Origin: an uncultured Gemmatimonadales bacterium
Lineage (GTDB): Bacteria; Gemmatimonadota; Gemmatimonadetes; Gemmatimonadales; Gemmatimonadaceae
Assembly (NCBI GenBank): GCA_963707505.1
Contig: CAVPQB010000004.1
Span: 1,312,001-1,376,000, forward strand
Direction of reading: 5' to 3'
DNA length: 64,000 bases
The translations under genes were made by a program, and so were the position numbers. The notes beneath the pieces are model-generated. The model was not told where the DNA came from and searched no databases. It saw only the letters and a list, made by a program, of their open reading frames with translations. Shown in pieces: positions 63,151 through 64,000 of this stretch (the stretch's first letter is position 1; the number at the start of each line of letters is the position of its first letter).

Positions 63151-63692
63151 TACTGCAGGCTGTTCCAGAGCGTGACTGTTTCCGGGAAGATGTGATTTCC
63201 CTCGCGCACCGTCCATTCGAGACGCATCCGCACCACCTGGCGAAACACCGTTTCGAACGACGTCGGGACCTGCAGCGAAAGAAAATACCTGTCCTGCTTC
63301 ATGAACTTTCGGCCAGGCTCCAGAAAATCGGCCATGTACAGCGCGCGGCCGACGACGCCCCAGCGCGCACTCCCGACGGTATGATAGCGAATCGCGTCGA
63401 GCACATCGGTGCGCTTCTCGCCGTGCTTTTCCAGTGTAATCGCCGCAGCGGGCCCGTGCAGCAGTCCGAACGGGCTTTCGTTGTCACCGGTTATCTCGCG
63501 CAACTCGGCTTCGGTCGCATCACGCAATGCATCGTGCAGTACGCCCGCATCGATGAACGCGCGCGCTTCCGCCGGCGGAAGCCGCATCGCCGCTGCCCAC
63601 GCATTGAGTAACGCGGTGACGCGTTGAATGTGCTCGGCGCGCTTTTCGCCCACGCGCGCCCAATCGGGAAGGTCCAGCGTCGAGCTGTGCAT
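63150..63692 (-). CDS. yqeK: YqeK-like HD hydrolase
   Basis: RAEH, LHDALR, LLHG, IRYHT, YMADFLEPGR. Confidence 0.78.
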   Translation of the reverse strand: MHSSTLDLPDWARVGEKRAEHIQRVTALLNAWAAAMRLPPAEARAFIDAGVLHDALRDATEAELREITGDNESPFGLLHGPAAAITLEKHGEKRTDVLDAIRYHTVGSARWGVVGRALYMADFLEPGRKFMKQDRYFLSLQVPTSFETVFRQVVRMRLEWTVREGNHIFPETVTLWNSLQ

Positions 63693-63694
63693 TG

Positions 63695-64000
63695 TCAGAG
63701 TCTGATGTTGTCGATCAATCGAGTGCCACCGATCCGCGCCGCCACGAGTACCGAATCGCCGCTTGTCGCGACCGACGGCGTTGCAAAATCAGCTTCATTC
63801 ACCAGTGCGAAATAATCAACATCGAAGGCACCGTCCTCCGCCAGGACCGCGCTCCCTCTCGCTTCGATCGCCGACGGATCGGTATTACCGGCGTGGAACG
63901 TATCCTTTGCGGTGACCAGAGCTGCATGCAGCGCCGGTGCGTGGCGGCGTGCATCGGTGTCGAGGTAGCGGTTGCGACTGGAGAGCGCGAGTCCATCGCT
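63695..64000 (-). CDS. panC: Pantothenate synthetase, C-terminal part (gene starts outside the window)
   Basis: Manual translation: DGLALSSRNRYL...VLVAARIGGTRLIDNIRL-stop. Confidence 0.92.
   Translation of the reverse strand, partial: SDGLALSSRNRYLDTDARRHAPALHAALVTAKDTFHAGNTDPSAIEARGSAVLAEDGAFDVDYFALVNEADFATPSVATSGDSVLVAARIGGTRLIDNIRL

Overview
GC-rich bacterial chromosome segment, mostly minus-strand genes. Gene order and protein style suggest Gemmatimonadota (inference). From left to right it holds: (1) a housekeeping run: dnaB with a Walker-A intein whose LAGLIDADG nuclease carries an inserted XRE-type HTH, then udg, coaBC, rpoZ, gmk, yicC, an outer-membrane barrel, pepA and icd; (2) cupin/truncated globin and two glycosyltransferases; (3) tRNA-Leu(CAA) next to a ~1.9 kb islet (double-cupredoxin lipoprotein plus TetR) bounded by a decayed copy of the tRNA 5' half; (4) a Tad/Flp pilus locus with three pilins, two TadG-like paralogs and a candidate sigma54/IHF promoter; (5) a porin-PBP-Ser/Thr kinase operon and an ECF/anti-sigma/Spy module; (6) TetR, GDPD, an amidohydrolase pair and an M20 peptidase; (7) rpmA, rplU, rne, an acyl-CoA dehydrogenase, recQ and a U32 protein; (8) a tightly coupled aspS-phoH-HD-ybeY-meaB operon. 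This operon continues into a B12 acyl-CoA mutase with ICM-type (not methylmalonyl-CoA-type) specificity residues, a lone carboxyltransferase, a split AtuA, a hydratase and an unannotated 51-aa membrane protein; (9) rlmN, LytR_C, yqeK and panC. The best candidate for an undescribed system is the mutase/AtuA cluster. About ten genes, some normally essential, carry single-base frameshifts that are probably assembly errors. No CRISPR array, rRNA or integrase/transposase was seen. All calls come from reading motifs by eye, with no database searches.
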